A stretch of 32,000 bases of DNA from Prochlorococcus sp. MIT 0801 (GCF_000757865.1 NZ_CP007754.1:1230001-1262000); one strand, 5' to 3'. Shown: positions 18,822-28,444, counted from the stretch's first letter. Program-made: numbers and translations. Notes: generated by a model not told the origin, from the letters alone.

Positions 18822-19724
18822 TTGAATCAAGAAGTAAAGAAAAATATAGATGCATCAAATGCCACAAAGGCATATATAAATGAAATACGAAATAAAATTA
18901 TAGACAATCAAGCTAGAAAACTTTTTGAAGATTTAAAATGGATAGAATTAGAGAATATTTCATCAAATAAATCTGATTTATTTCCAACAGTTTTAACAGG
19001 TAAAGGAAAGAAAATCATTCTTATTCATGGCTTTGATAGCTGCTTTCTTGAATATAGACGTCTAATACCTATTCTAAAAAAGAAAAATAAATTAATCATT
19101 CCAGATCTATATGGATTTGGTTTTTGCCCTAGATCTAGTGGTAACAAGTATGGGTTTAAATATATAATGAAACACTTGAATTCTATTTTAAATTATTTTT
19201 CAAATAATCAACCTATAGGAGTAATAGGTGCCTCAATGGGAGGAGCTTTAGCTCTAGAACTAGCGAGACAAAACCCAAAGAGGATCAATAAATTACTACT
19301 TTTATCACCAGCAGGCTTAGCAGGCAAAAACCCAAAGATCCCATGGCCATTGAATCATTTGGGGGCCTTTTTCCTTAGTCGACCTTTTGTCCGAAGAGGA
19401 TTGTGTAAACAGGCATTCGCTGATCCAACAAATAGTGTTGGTCCTGCAGAAGAACAAATCGCCTCAATACATTTAAAAGTTCCTGGTTGGCAATCATCAC
19501 TAGCAGACTTCGCCGCAGATGGTGGAGTATCTGGCTGTGGACTCCCAAAACCAACTCAAGCACTAAAAATAATTTTAGGTAAATATGACAGAATCATTCC
19601 TAACAACGAAAAGGAAGAAACCTTCAGGAATTATCATTCAAACATAGAAATAGCCTTAAATTCAGGACATCTTCCACACTTGGAAGAACCAAAATTAGTT
19701 GCGGATGCTTGGGCAAAATTTTAG
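18822..19724 (+). CDS. Alpha/beta-fold hydrolase
   Basis: The oxyanion-region motif is LIHGFDS, the nucleophile elbow is GASMGG (GxSxG), and a C-terminal GHLPHLEEP carries the catalytic His. TTG at 18822 is the first possible start after the in-frame stop at 18807-18809. Confidence 0.75.
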   Translation: MNQEVKKNIDASNATKAYINEIRNKIIDNQARKLFEDLKWIELENISSNKSDLFPTVLTGKGKKIILIHGFDSCFLEYRRLIPILKKKNKLIIPDLYGFGFCPRSSGNKYGFKYIMKHLNSILNYFSNNQPIGVIGASMGGALALELARQNPKRINKLLLLSPAGLAGKNPKIPWPLNHLGAFFLSRPFVRRGLCKQAFADPTNSVGPAEEQIASIHLKVPGWQSSLADFAADGGVSGCGLPKPTQALKIILGKYDRIIPNNEKEETFRNYHSNIEIALNSGHLPHLEEPKLVADAWAKF

Positions 19725-20364
19725 AAATAAATTGATAGCCAAATGGACTAAAGAGAAAGGAGTTTTTACTAAATTATTAGAGCAGGGTATAAAAATCTTA
19801 CTGATAAAAGAATGTAAAAAGATTAGAAACATTAAAATAGATATTACGTCCACTTCCACTCAAATCATTAAAGGTGAAATACAAAAAATTAAAATTTCCG
19901 CTGAGGATATTAATTATAAAGATGTTTTTTTTGATGAACTTCGCCTAGAATCAGATAATCTTAATATTAATTTTAAATTAACAACTAAAGAACTATTTTT
20001 CACAAATGACCCTTTAATTGAATTCAAAATCTCATGGTCTCAAGACTCACTTAAAAAAATTCTATTATCAAAAAATTGGAATTGGATTGGAGATAACATT
20101 AGCAAGGAAATATTAAACAAAGAAAAATTAATAGATATAAAAATAAAGAATGCTCAGTTGTTAATGAGAGCTTCTAAAAAGGATATTGATATAAATCAAG
20201 ATGAGAAGATTAACATTAAAACAGAGAAAGGTAAAGTCTATTTAGAAAATAAAACATATAATAAGAAAATTCAAATACCGATTGAAGATAAAATTTATAT
20301 TAAAAATATAAATATAGAAAATAACTTAATTAATGTTTTCGCAAGTTCTTCTATTAGTTTTTAG
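19705..20364 (+). CDS. Hypothetical protein, DUF2993/LmeA-like (possible lipid-binding); K/I/N-rich
   Basis: The ORF track starts at TTG 19699. An ATG at 19705 overlaps the hydrolase 3' end by 20 nt. The pattern ...IIKGEIQKIKISAEDINYKDVFFDELRLESDNLNIN... resembles DUF2993 proteins. This assignment is from memory of the family and has not been verified. Confidence 0.5.
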   Translation: MLGQNFRNKLIAKWTKEKGVFTKLLEQGIKILLIKECKKIRNIKIDITSTSTQIIKGEIQKIKISAEDINYKDVFFDELRLESDNLNINFKLTTKELFFTNDPLIEFKISWSQDSLKKILLSKNWNWIGDNISKEILNKEKLIDIKIKNAQLLMRASKKDIDINQDEKINIKTEKGKVYLENKTYNKKIQIPIEDKIYIKNINIENNLINVFASSSISF

Positions 20365-20369
20365 TTATT

Positions 20370-21257
20370 TCAGGATATAATTAATGGTGATAGTAATAAC
20401 ACTATATAAAATACAATGGCTGGAGTAAATAAATAACTATCTATTCTATCGAGAATGCCTCCATGACCAGGTAAAAAATCACCTGAATCTTTTAAGCCTG
20501 CATTCCTCTTCAACATTGATTCTGTAAGGTCTCCAACTAGAGAAAATAAGGCTACTAAAACACCAATAAAAATTCCTATTAATATTCCAAATTCCCATCT
20601 AAGTAGATAGCCGAAACAGGCTCCTATAAATATTGAGAATAATAATCCACCAATAACTCCCTCAATAGTTTTAGAAGGTGAAATTGGTGATAATGAGTGA
20701 TTACCAAACTTCTTACCAACAAAATAAGAGCCTATATCAAATCCAACTATCATAAAACATGTAGAAAAAGTTATTAGCATCCCAAAAGTAATAGATGATG
20801 ACCAATCAGTGGGAATCAAGTTAAAATTATTTGTTAAATCAGTCTCTAAAAGATTTCTTAACTTAATCCAATGACTTGGCAAGAAACCTAAATAAAATAA
20901 TCCGAATATTGATGCTGCTACATCAGCAATGGAACCAGTAACAGGTTGGAGTAATAACCAACCACAAATAGCGGCACCAGATAATGGCAAAATAGCATCT
21001 GATATTTCAATAGATATATATCCTTTAGAAGATAATTGAGTGAAGAAAAGTAATATTTGACATGCTAACAATGTTGTCTTAGTAGCTGGTCTTATCCCAG
21101 TAAATTCTGCCATCCGAAAGAACTCTAGAAGAGCCAAATGAACAATTAAACTTATTGCAACAGAAAACCACCAATCTCCAAGAGAAACTATTAAAAAACC
21201 AAAAGCTCCAACGATAAGTCCACTTAATAATCTCTTTTTCGAAACAGCTAAAAACAT
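20370..21257 (-). CDS. cdsA: Phosphatidate cytidylyltransferase (CDP-diglyceride synthase)
   Basis: This is a polytopic membrane protein with the CdsA signature SMLKRNAGLKDSGDFLPGHGGILDRIDS. Confidence 0.9.
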   Translation of the reverse strand: MFLAVSKKRLLSGLIVGAFGFLIVSLGDWWFSVAISLIVHLALLEFFRMAEFTGIRPATKTTLLACQILLFFTQLSSKGYISIEISDAILPLSGAAICGWLLLQPVTGSIADVAASIFGLFYLGFLPSHWIKLRNLLETDLTNNFNLIPTDWSSSITFGMLITFSTCFMIVGFDIGSYFVGKKFGNHSLSPISPSKTIEGVIGGLLFSIFIGACFGYLLRWEFGILIGIFIGVLVALFSLVGDLTESMLKRNAGLKDSGDFLPGHGGILDRIDSYLFTPAIVFYIVLLLSPLIIS

Positions 21258-21355
21258 TAAATTAGGTGAAAAAATATAGATTTCGTTTATAAAACATACT
21301 TAAAAGGGGTTATTAATAATAAATTTTATTATAGCTGATGAGTAGATATTATTAA

Positions 21356-22762
21356 TCAAGAAATAACTCTTACAAAATCAGAAATTTGTTCAGGCCAAAA
21401 GCTTTTTTGCTCTATCAACCAATCAACACGAGCTTCGTCCAAAATCTCACCAGGAATCAATAAAGGTATTCCAGGAGGATAAGGGCAGACCATCTCAACA
21501 GAAATTCTTCCAATAGAATCTTTTAGATTTACCTTCTCAAAATCTGATCCCCAAGAATCAGAACATGGCTTGTATGGCTTAGAGACGATACTGAAAGGAG
21601 GTCTTTTGAAAAAACAAGGTTTTTGTTTACAATAAGATGAAAGGATTTGATTCCAAATTCTTACAAATCTTTTGCCTAATCTCTTGTGAGATGAGAGGCC
21701 AAGACAAAAAGTTAGAGTTCCTGGCTCAGCCAACTCTCCAATTATTCTTTTTTTCATAAAGCTTTTATCAACTTCAATACCACTTAAACCAAATTTTGAC
21801 GTGTGGAGAATTATTTTTAGTGGATCATTGTTCTCAAGGAGAGGAACTTCTTTGTTAATCAAAAAATCTTTCAATACCTCAGCTTCATCTATACGCGATC
21901 TCAGTTTCTTTATCCCATTAGGTTCAATAAGTTCCTTTATTGAACTTTCACAAGAAGCTAACAAGAGAGAACTTGGGCTTGAAGTTTGAAGTAACTCAAT
22001 AGCTCTCTCTATTTTAAATGGATCTACCTTGTCGCCTTGCGACCATAAAACCGCAGATTGAACTAAACTTGATGCAGATTTATGAAGAGAGTGAACAACA
22101 AGATCTGCACCAAAAGATAGAGCTGACTTAGGTAAATCTGGTCTTATTTGACTGATTAAGTAAGCTCCATGAGCTTCATCAACCAAAACTGGCAAGGAAT
22201 GAGAATGAATCTCTTTAATCAAAGATTCTATATCTGCACAATATCCTTGATATGTGGGGTTAACTAAAACTACCGCTGCTATATCCTCTTCAAATTCTTT
22301 TGCTTTTTTTAAAACCCTCTGTAGCCATTTCCTCTCAAGAACAGAGGCATGGCCCCTATCAGTGAGATAAGGGACATCGAAAAGTAATGGTGTTAAGCCT
22401 CCAAAAAGGCATGCTTGAATACAGCTTTTATGAATATTTCTTGGCATGAGAACAGCTTGACCAGGACGAGCTAGAGCAAGCAATGAACTTTGGAGTAGAC
22501 CTGTCGCACCATTAACTCCATACCAACATCTATCAACACCCACTTCATAGGCAGAAGACTTTTGACTTTCGGCTATTGCTCCTTCACTAATCAACGGGCC
22601 ACCTATCTCAAAAAGCTCAGGCAAGTCCCAAATACCTGGTCTAAGCCTCAATAAGGTTTTTATGTTTTTTGGTAGAGCATTTCCTCTTCCATGTGCTGGT
22701 AAAAAAAGATTTTCGTTTCTATTAGCAGAAAGCAAGTTTAAAAGCCCCATAGAATAAAACAT
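21356..22762 (-). CDS. PLP-dependent Orn/Lys/Arg decarboxylase family protein
   Basis: The N-terminus has LPAHGRG, and the PLP-lysine region is VVHSLHKSASSL within a fold-I major domain. The substrate cannot be assigned from sequence. An alternative ATG lies 4 codons in (22750). Confidence 0.75.
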   Translation of the reverse strand: MFYSMGLLNLLSANRNENLFLPAHGRGNALPKNIKTLLRLRPGIWDLPELFEIGGPLISEGAIAESQKSSAYEVGVDRCWYGVNGATGLLQSSLLALARPGQAVLMPRNIHKSCIQACLFGGLTPLLFDVPYLTDRGHASVLERKWLQRVLKKAKEFEEDIAAVVLVNPTYQGYCADIESLIKEIHSHSLPVLVDEAHGAYLISQIRPDLPKSALSFGADLVVHSLHKSASSLVQSAVLWSQGDKVDPFKIERAIELLQTSSPSSLLLASCESSIKELIEPNGIKKLRSRIDEAEVLKDFLINKEVPLLENNDPLKIILHTSKFGLSGIEVDKSFMKKRIIGELAEPGTLTFCLGLSSHKRLGKRFVRIWNQILSSYCKQKPCFFKRPPFSIVSKPYKPCSDSWGSDFEKVNLKDSIGRISVEMVCPYPPGIPLLIPGEILDEARVDWLIEQKSFWPEQISDFVRVIS

Positions 22763-22850
22763 TTACCTAAAATCAATGTAGTTAAATTGATCAGTAAGCA
22801 AATCAAAAGAACTTTTTAGATGGGTAGCTAAAAGAACTTATGATGAATTC

Positions 22851-24497
22851 ATGAAATACGATTTCAAAAGAGATTTAACCTGGTTGATTTTAAGGCCATG
22901 GATATTGGTCCCTAGATTTATTCAGATAGTTGGTGCAATATCACTTCTACTAGCAAGACTCATATTTCAAGGTTCAAGCAATGAAGACAAAACTCAAAAG
23001 AAACTAGCTAAATTTCTACTTAAAACACTTATTGATCTTGGCCCCTGTTTTATAAAAGTAGGGCAAGCACTTTCAACTAGGCCAGATCTAATAAGAAAAG
23101 ATTGGCTGGAAGAATTAACAAACCTACAAGATAATTTACCCTCATTTTCTCATGAAAAAGCACTTGAGATTATTGAAAATGAGCTAGGGAAACCAGCAAA
23201 TGAACTTTTTGAAGACTTCCCATCTAAACCAATAGCCTCAGCTAGTCTTGGTCAGGTTTATAAAGCAAAATTATTTAGTAATTATTGGGTAGCAGTAAAA
23301 GTTCAGAGGCCTAATCTGATTTTCAACATTAGAAGAGATATAGTAATTATAAAAATACTTGGTGTCCTCAGTGCGCCCATACTTCCATTAAATCTTGGGT
23401 TCGGATTAGGTGAAATAATAGATGAGTTTGGAAGAAGTTTATTTGACGAAATTGATTATAAAAAAGAAGCGAATAATGCTGAAAAATTTTCAAACCTCTT
23501 CCACAACAATAATTCAGTAACTATACCAAAAGTAGAAAGACATTTATCAACTATAAAAGTACTAACCACAAGCTGGATTGATGGCACAAAACTAAAAGAT
23601 AGAAATGAATTAATTCAAAATCATTTAAATCCATCAAAACTTATAAGAACTGGTGTTATCAGCGGCATACAGCAATTATTGGAATTTGGATATTTTCATG
23701 CAGATCCTCATCCAGGAAATATGTTTGCTTTGGAAGGTCATAATGGTGACTTAGGAAACATAGCCTATGTAGATTTCGGAATGATGGACTCAATTTCAGA
23801 GGTAGATAGATTAACTCTTACTGGTGCAATTGTTCACCTAATAAACAATGATTTTCATTCTGTTGCAAAAGATTTTCAAAAGCTAGGTTTTCTAAGTAAA
23901 GATGAAGACCTTAAGCCTCTGGTACCTGTATTAAAAGAAGTGCTTGGGAGTGCAATTGGTAAAGATGTTGCATCTTTTAATTTCAAAGAGATTACCAACA
24001 AATTCTCTGAATTAATGTTTGATTATCCCTTTAGAGTCCCCGCAAGATTTGCATTAATCATTAGAGCAGTAATCAGCCAAGAAGGACTTGCTATTCGATT
24101 AGATCCTGATTTTAAAATTATAGATTTGGCATATCCATACGTAGCTAAAAGATTATTAACTTCAGATACTAATGAGATGATAAACATACTATTAGACGTC
24201 ATATTTGATCAGAATGGACACTTAAGAGTTGAGCGAATAGAAAATCTATTTGACGTACTAGTCCAAGACTCGAGCACACCAGCTAAAGAGCTAATACCAG
24301 TAGCAGGAGCAGGTTTAAAGCTTCTAACCAGCTCTAGAGGCTCATTAATAAGGAAAAATTTATTAATGAGTATTATTAAAGACGAAAGGATTGATACTAA
24401 AGATATGAAACAATTAATTAAACTAGTACGGAAAACCTTCAATCCTTTAAGAATGGCTTCAGGTCTTAGAAAACAAAACAAGACACAAGTTGCGTAG
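22851..24497 (+). CDS. ABC1/UbiB/AarF-family atypical kinase
   Basis: ABC1 motifs are present: IASASLGQVYKAKL...VAVKVQRP, FHADPHPGNM and VDFGMM. Confidence 0.88.
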   Translation: MKYDFKRDLTWLILRPWILVPRFIQIVGAISLLLARLIFQGSSNEDKTQKKLAKFLLKTLIDLGPCFIKVGQALSTRPDLIRKDWLEELTNLQDNLPSFSHEKALEIIENELGKPANELFEDFPSKPIASASLGQVYKAKLFSNYWVAVKVQRPNLIFNIRRDIVIIKILGVLSAPILPLNLGFGLGEIIDEFGRSLFDEIDYKKEANNAEKFSNLFHNNNSVTIPKVERHLSTIKVLTTSWIDGTKLKDRNELIQNHLNPSKLIRTGVISGIQQLLEFGYFHADPHPGNMFALEGHNGDLGNIAYVDFGMMDSISEVDRLTLTGAIVHLINNDFHSVAKDFQKLGFLSKDEDLKPLVPVLKEVLGSAIGKDVASFNFKEITNKFSELMFDYPFRVPARFALIIRAVISQEGLAIRLDPDFKIIDLAYPYVAKRLLTSDTNEMINILLDVIFDQNGHLRVERIENLFDVLVQDSSTPAKELIPVAGAGLKLLTSSRGSLIRKNLLMSIIKDERIDTKDMKQLIKLVRKTFNPLRMASGLRKQNKTQVA

Positions 24498-24531
24498 ATG
24501 ATTTCCATAAAATATAATAAAGATTAAAAAC

Positions 24532-24990
24532 ATGATAAATATTAGTATTCAAAATATAATCACATTAATGACAGCCAGTTTAGATGATGCAGATTTACAA
24601 GGTATAGATGAATTCATTTCCGATTATCAACAAATAAAGCCAATTGAAGATCCAATTTTTTGGCTTTCGTGTGGTGCTTTTATTTGTCTAATGTCTGGAT
24701 TGATATTTGCAGACATTATGAAATCAAAACTAAATAAATGGTCATCAAAACAGATATCTCCCCTACCGCTAGAGGACCCTAGAACAATATCTAGTTGGTT
24801 TTCATTTTTCACGGGTCTAACAATTATTTTCGTAAGCGCCTTAAGCATTATAAACTTTTCTATTATAAAATCTCTAATATTTTCTTCATTAATCTCAATT
24901 CTTTTTGGCGTCAGCATGTGGAAAGCCATTAAAGATTTGTTGATCCAAGTAAAAGCTGGAACAGTTAAAGAAATAGATGATTTTTTCTAA
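24532..24990 (+). CDS. Hypothetical membrane protein
   Basis: The ORF is 152 aa with at least three hydrophobic helices (WLSCGAFICLMSGLIFADI, FSFFTGLTIIFVSALSIINFSII, LIFSSLISILFGVSMW). I recognise no family. Confidence 0.55.
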   Translation: MINISIQNIITLMTASLDDADLQGIDEFISDYQQIKPIEDPIFWLSCGAFICLMSGLIFADIMKSKLNKWSSKQISPLPLEDPRTISSWFSFFTGLTIIFVSALSIINFSIIKSLIFSSLISILFGVSMWKAIKDLLIQVKAGTVKEIDDFF

Positions 24991-25058
24991 TTAAATTCGA
25001 TCCTATCTACTGTTTTCAAACCTAATTCAAATAATATTAAATATGTAGTTTAGAAATA

Positions 25059-25772
25059 ATGTCACTTAATAGATTACAAAAGATAATATCTCAATCTGGT
25101 CTTTTATCAAGACGGAAGGCTGAATTACTAATAAAACAAGGCAGAGTAACATTAAATGGAAGGCAAGCTATTATTGGAGAGAAAGCAGATCCTAACTCTG
25201 ACCATATTTTAGTCGACGGGAGAGATTTACCAAAGAAGCTAAACCATAAAGTTTTTCTACTAAACAAACCTTATGGGGTCATATCTAGCTGCCAAGATAA
25301 TCATGGAAGAAAAACAATTTTAAGTTTTCTCCCATCACATTTACGTTGTGGGATTTATCCTGTTGGGAGGTTAGATTTTGATAGCAGAGGAGCCATTCTG
25401 CTTACCAATAATGGAGACTTAACTTTAAGGCTTACACATCCCAAATACTCCCACACAAAAACTTATCTGGTTTGGGTAAGTGGTCAGCCAAAACAATTAA
25501 TATTAGATCATTGGAGAAGAGGCATTTTACTTGATGACAAAATGACAATGCCAGCAAGAATAGAAGTTTTGGATAGAGTTAATCAAAAGACTCTTCTTAA
25601 AGTGATTATAAAAGAGGGACGAAATCGACAAATTCGCAAAATAGCAACTCTTCTTGGACATCCAGTTCAAGATTTGCAAAGAATATCGATCTCAAATATA
25701 AATTTAAATGGCTTACAAGAAGGTAAGTGGCGAGAACTAAAGACAACGGAATGGATTTCAATTATTAATTAA
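25059..25772 (+). CDS. Pseudouridine synthase, RsuA/RluB/RluE family, with N-terminal S4 domain
   Basis: The S4 domain is RLQKIISQSGLLSRRKAELLI. The catalytic Asp motif is GRLDFDSRGAILLTNNGDL, and EGRNRQIRK is also present. Confidence 0.88.
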   Translation: MSLNRLQKIISQSGLLSRRKAELLIKQGRVTLNGRQAIIGEKADPNSDHILVDGRDLPKKLNHKVFLLNKPYGVISSCQDNHGRKTILSFLPSHLRCGIYPVGRLDFDSRGAILLTNNGDLTLRLTHPKYSHTKTYLVWVSGQPKQLILDHWRRGILLDDKMTMPARIEVLDRVNQKTLLKVIIKEGRNRQIRKIATLLGHPVQDLQRISISNINLNGLQEGKWRELKTTEWISIIN

Positions 25773-25786
25773 AACATTTGTGTTTT

Positions 25787-26320
25787 ATGGCATTAAACAT
25801 TCCCTTTAAAAAATCCTCATCGGTTTTATCTGATTCTCATGATAAAACTCGCGTTGAAAATGAATTTTATAAGGCAATTAATTTATTTAAAGCTCAAAGA
25901 ATGAAAGTTGGAATTTCATTAGAGACACTTGCAAAAGAGACCAAAATTTCAAGGAATGTATTAATAGCTATTGAAAATGGATGGGAAAAGTATTTACCAG
26001 AAAAAACCTATTTAATTTCAATGATCAAAACTCTTGAGCTTAAGCTCAATTTAGAAATAGGTAGTCTAAATGGTTTATCAACAAAAAAAGGCACTACTAA
26101 TACTGTCTCTAGATTTAAATTTAATTTTATAAATATAGACTTTCTTAATAGCTGGATTGGAAGCCTATTTTATCTCATTATTATGCTATTATCAATATTA
26201 GCTCTTAATAGTCAGCAAAAATATCTTATAAAAATAAATAGTATTTCCACAGAACCCATTATTATAGAAAAGAATTTTATAGAGGATAAAAATATAATTA
26301 ATAAGCAAAAAGAAAATTAA
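25787..26320 (+). CDS. HTH (XRE-like) plus single TM protein, RodZ-like N-terminal architecture
   Basis: The HTH segment is GISLETLAKETKISRNVLIAIENGWEKYLPEKTYLISMIKTLELKL, followed by a TM helix (WIGSLFYLIIMLLSILAL). The ORF track starts at TTG 25778, and an ATG at 25787 is more likely. Confidence 0.55.
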   Translation: MALNIPFKKSSSVLSDSHDKTRVENEFYKAINLFKAQRMKVGISLETLAKETKISRNVLIAIENGWEKYLPEKTYLISMIKTLELKLNLEIGSLNGLSTKKGTTNTVSRFKFNFINIDFLNSWIGSLFYLIIMLLSILALNSQQKYLIKINSISTEPIIIEKNFIEDKNIINKQKEN

Positions 26321-26322
26321 CT

Positions 26323-27819
26323 TTATCTTTTATTTGCTTGAGCTAAATCACCATATTTTTTTAAAGCTTCTCTAATATTTAAATCATTTTTCGGTAATCT
26401 CCATGACCAATTATTTTCTACTGTGCCAGGTTTATTTAATCGACAGCTATCATCGAGATTTAATATATCTTGCATAGGTGCTACAAATAATTTGGCTTTG
26501 GTTTCCATTCCTATTCGAATCAATTCCCAAGAAGTAAAATTCTCATAATCAAAAATCCTTTCTCTGATTTGTTCTTTTCTACCTTCATCCATTTCTTTCC
26601 ACCAGCCAAGTGAAGTTGAATTATCATGGGTTCCCGTATAAACAATCCAATTCTCCTCTTTAATATTCTCAGGCAAATAAGGATTTTCTAAATTTCCATC
26701 AAAAGCAAATTGGAGTATCTTCATTCCTGCTAATTGGTAATCATCACGTAACTTTTCAACTTTTGAGTTTATGAGCCCTAAATCTTCAGCAACTAAAGGG
26801 AGTGAGCCGCCGCAATCTTTTTTGATTAAACTTAGTATCTCTTTCCCTGGAGAAGGTAACCAAATTCCATTCTCAGCTGTTTTATCTTTACCGGGAATTG
26901 CCCAAAAAGCTTCGAGAGCTCGAAAATGATCAAGGCGTAAAAAATCAACCTGTTCTAGATGTCTTGAAATTCGTTTTCTCCACCATCTATATTTACATGC
27001 TTTGTGCCTACTCCAACGATAAACAGGGTTCCCCCAAAGCTGACCGGTTTCAGAAAAATAATCAGGCGGGACACCACTTTGAAGGAATGTATCTGAATTA
27101 GTTAAAATAGAAAATAATGACCGATTACTCCATACATCAGCGCTATCTTTTGATACATAAAAAGGGACATCTCCAAATAAAAAAATTTCTAGATTTTTAG
27201 CAAGCTCTCTTATTGATTTCCACTGCCTATCTAAATGCCACTGAAGAAGATTATGGCCTAATAATTCTCTTTGATTATTTTTTTTCCAATTTTCTAATTC
27301 TTTCTTGTCTCGATCTGCATATTCGTCTGGCCATTCCCACCATGGAAGATCATTGTTTTGAATCTTTAGTTCCATAAATATGGAATGGTCATCTAACCAA
27401 AATTGTTTGGAGCACCACATTTCAAATTCTTCTTGAATAGTTTTATTCTGTTTGTCCCAATAATCAACCAAAGAAAAACGTAAGGACTTAACTTTTGAGT
27501 TTGCTAAATGAAAGTCAACTCTATTTTCAAAACAATCATTTGTAGAAGAAAAATCTTCTAGATTACTAGCTAAGAATCCATCCCTCACTAAATCATTTAG
27601 ATCAAGGAACCACGGGTTGAAAGCAAAACTTGATGGAGAGCTATATGGAGATCCAAATGAATCAGTAGGAGCAAGAGGTAAAAATTGCCACACACCTATT
27701 CCAGAGGCAGCAAGTTCATTAAGCCATTCTCTAGCAGGTTTACCAAAACTACCGCAGACAGGACTATCAGGTAATGAGGTTGGATGTAGAAGGATTCCTG
27801 AATTTCTTTCCAATTTCAC
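26323..27819 (-). CDS. malQ: 4-alpha-glucanotransferase (amylomaltase, GH77)
   Basis: GH77 motifs are present: SGILLHPTSLP, GDVPFYV, LRLDHFRA, VAEDLG and YTGTHDN. The start is a GTG at 27819, with an in-frame stop 3 codons upstream. Confidence 0.92.
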   Translation of the reverse strand: MKLERNSGILLHPTSLPDSPVCGSFGKPAREWLNELAASGIGVWQFLPLAPTDSFGSPYSSPSSFAFNPWFLDLNDLVRDGFLASNLEDFSSTNDCFENRVDFHLANSKVKSLRFSLVDYWDKQNKTIQEEFEMWCSKQFWLDDHSIFMELKIQNNDLPWWEWPDEYADRDKKELENWKKNNQRELLGHNLLQWHLDRQWKSIRELAKNLEIFLFGDVPFYVSKDSADVWSNRSLFSILTNSDTFLQSGVPPDYFSETGQLWGNPVYRWSRHKACKYRWWRKRISRHLEQVDFLRLDHFRALEAFWAIPGKDKTAENGIWLPSPGKEILSLIKKDCGGSLPLVAEDLGLINSKVEKLRDDYQLAGMKILQFAFDGNLENPYLPENIKEENWIVYTGTHDNSTSLGWWKEMDEGRKEQIRERIFDYENFTSWELIRIGMETKAKLFVAPMQDILNLDDSCRLNKPGTVENNWSWRLPKNDLNIREALKKYGDLAQANKR

Positions 27820-28444
27820 TTTTTGTTATGTATAAAAAATAGGAAAGAAATACTAATAATGCTATTTTTTTATTAAATTCAAAATGAATTCCATTTAGAT
27901 TGGAAATATTCTTCTTAAATATCAAAAAAATAACTTTAGCAATTTTATATTAACAAATTAATTAACAATATAAAATTTAATTTAGAAAAGCCAGATTTTT
28001 TCTTGCGTTAAATTAAGATCCTTAAATTATTTCTTTCCAAGAATAGTATTATTTAGATAAACGGTTTAATAAGATTTTGAAGTAACCCATCCAAGCGAGG
28101 AAAAATTTAATTTGAGACTTTATATTTTTCATTCTAAACAAAAGCTTGCTTTTAAAGACCTCATTACATAAATCAAGCTCTCTCTAACTTTGTGTTTTCG
28201 ACCAAATTACCGTTAGAAATCTTTAAGCCTTTACCGGAAGTCAAATTATATATGTTTTCAAAAGAAAATTCTTCAGATTAGATTACTTTCACATGGTCAG
28301 CTCAAACAAAAGGCAGGCCAATGATTCCTAGTTCAAAACATTAGATTTTTCACTTAAAAGAAAAAATATAAAAAAACTTTTATATGATCATGTCTCAACA
28401 TAAAGGTAGATTAGTAAATATCATTTATCGCTTGCTGTGGAACC
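27820..28444. other. Unusually long (625 bp) ORF-free divergent intergenic region; candidate promoters, long 5' UTRs or an sRNA
   Basis: Hand translation of both strands finds nothing longer than about 30 codons. A hairpin GAA-TTCCA(27889-27893)-N7-TGGAA(27901-27905)-ata-TTC is present. Patches of raised G+C lie at about 28085-28100 and 28200-28320. No tRNA, RNase P, SRP or tmRNA hallmarks were recognised. Confidence 0.35.

Noticed and set aside
22772-22791. A 6-bp inverted repeat ATCAAT-N8-ATTGAT lies in the divergent spacer between the decarboxylase and the ABC1 kinase.
   Set aside because: Six-bp AT-rich inverted repeats are expected by chance in AT-rich spacers, and nothing else supports it.
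24627-24929. A 100-aa ORF on the minus strand lies antisense to the 152-aa membrane-protein gene, and a 99-aa antisense ORF at 24209..24508 overlaps the ABC1 kinase 3' end.
   Set aside because: The plus-strand partners have coherent features (TM helices, ABC1 kinase motifs). The minus-strand translations are featureless with no recognisable motifs. These look like shadow ORFs.
28050-28133. Small ORFs in the long malQ-prs spacer: 27 codons on the minus strand (MKNIKSQIKFFLAWMGYFKILLNRLSK), 29 codons from GTG 28192, and 30 codons from ATG 28384.
   Set aside because: None has a recognisable motif (for example no Hli-type ExxNGRxAMxGF). They are of a length expected by chance and are not reported as genes, but the region as a whole is flagged.
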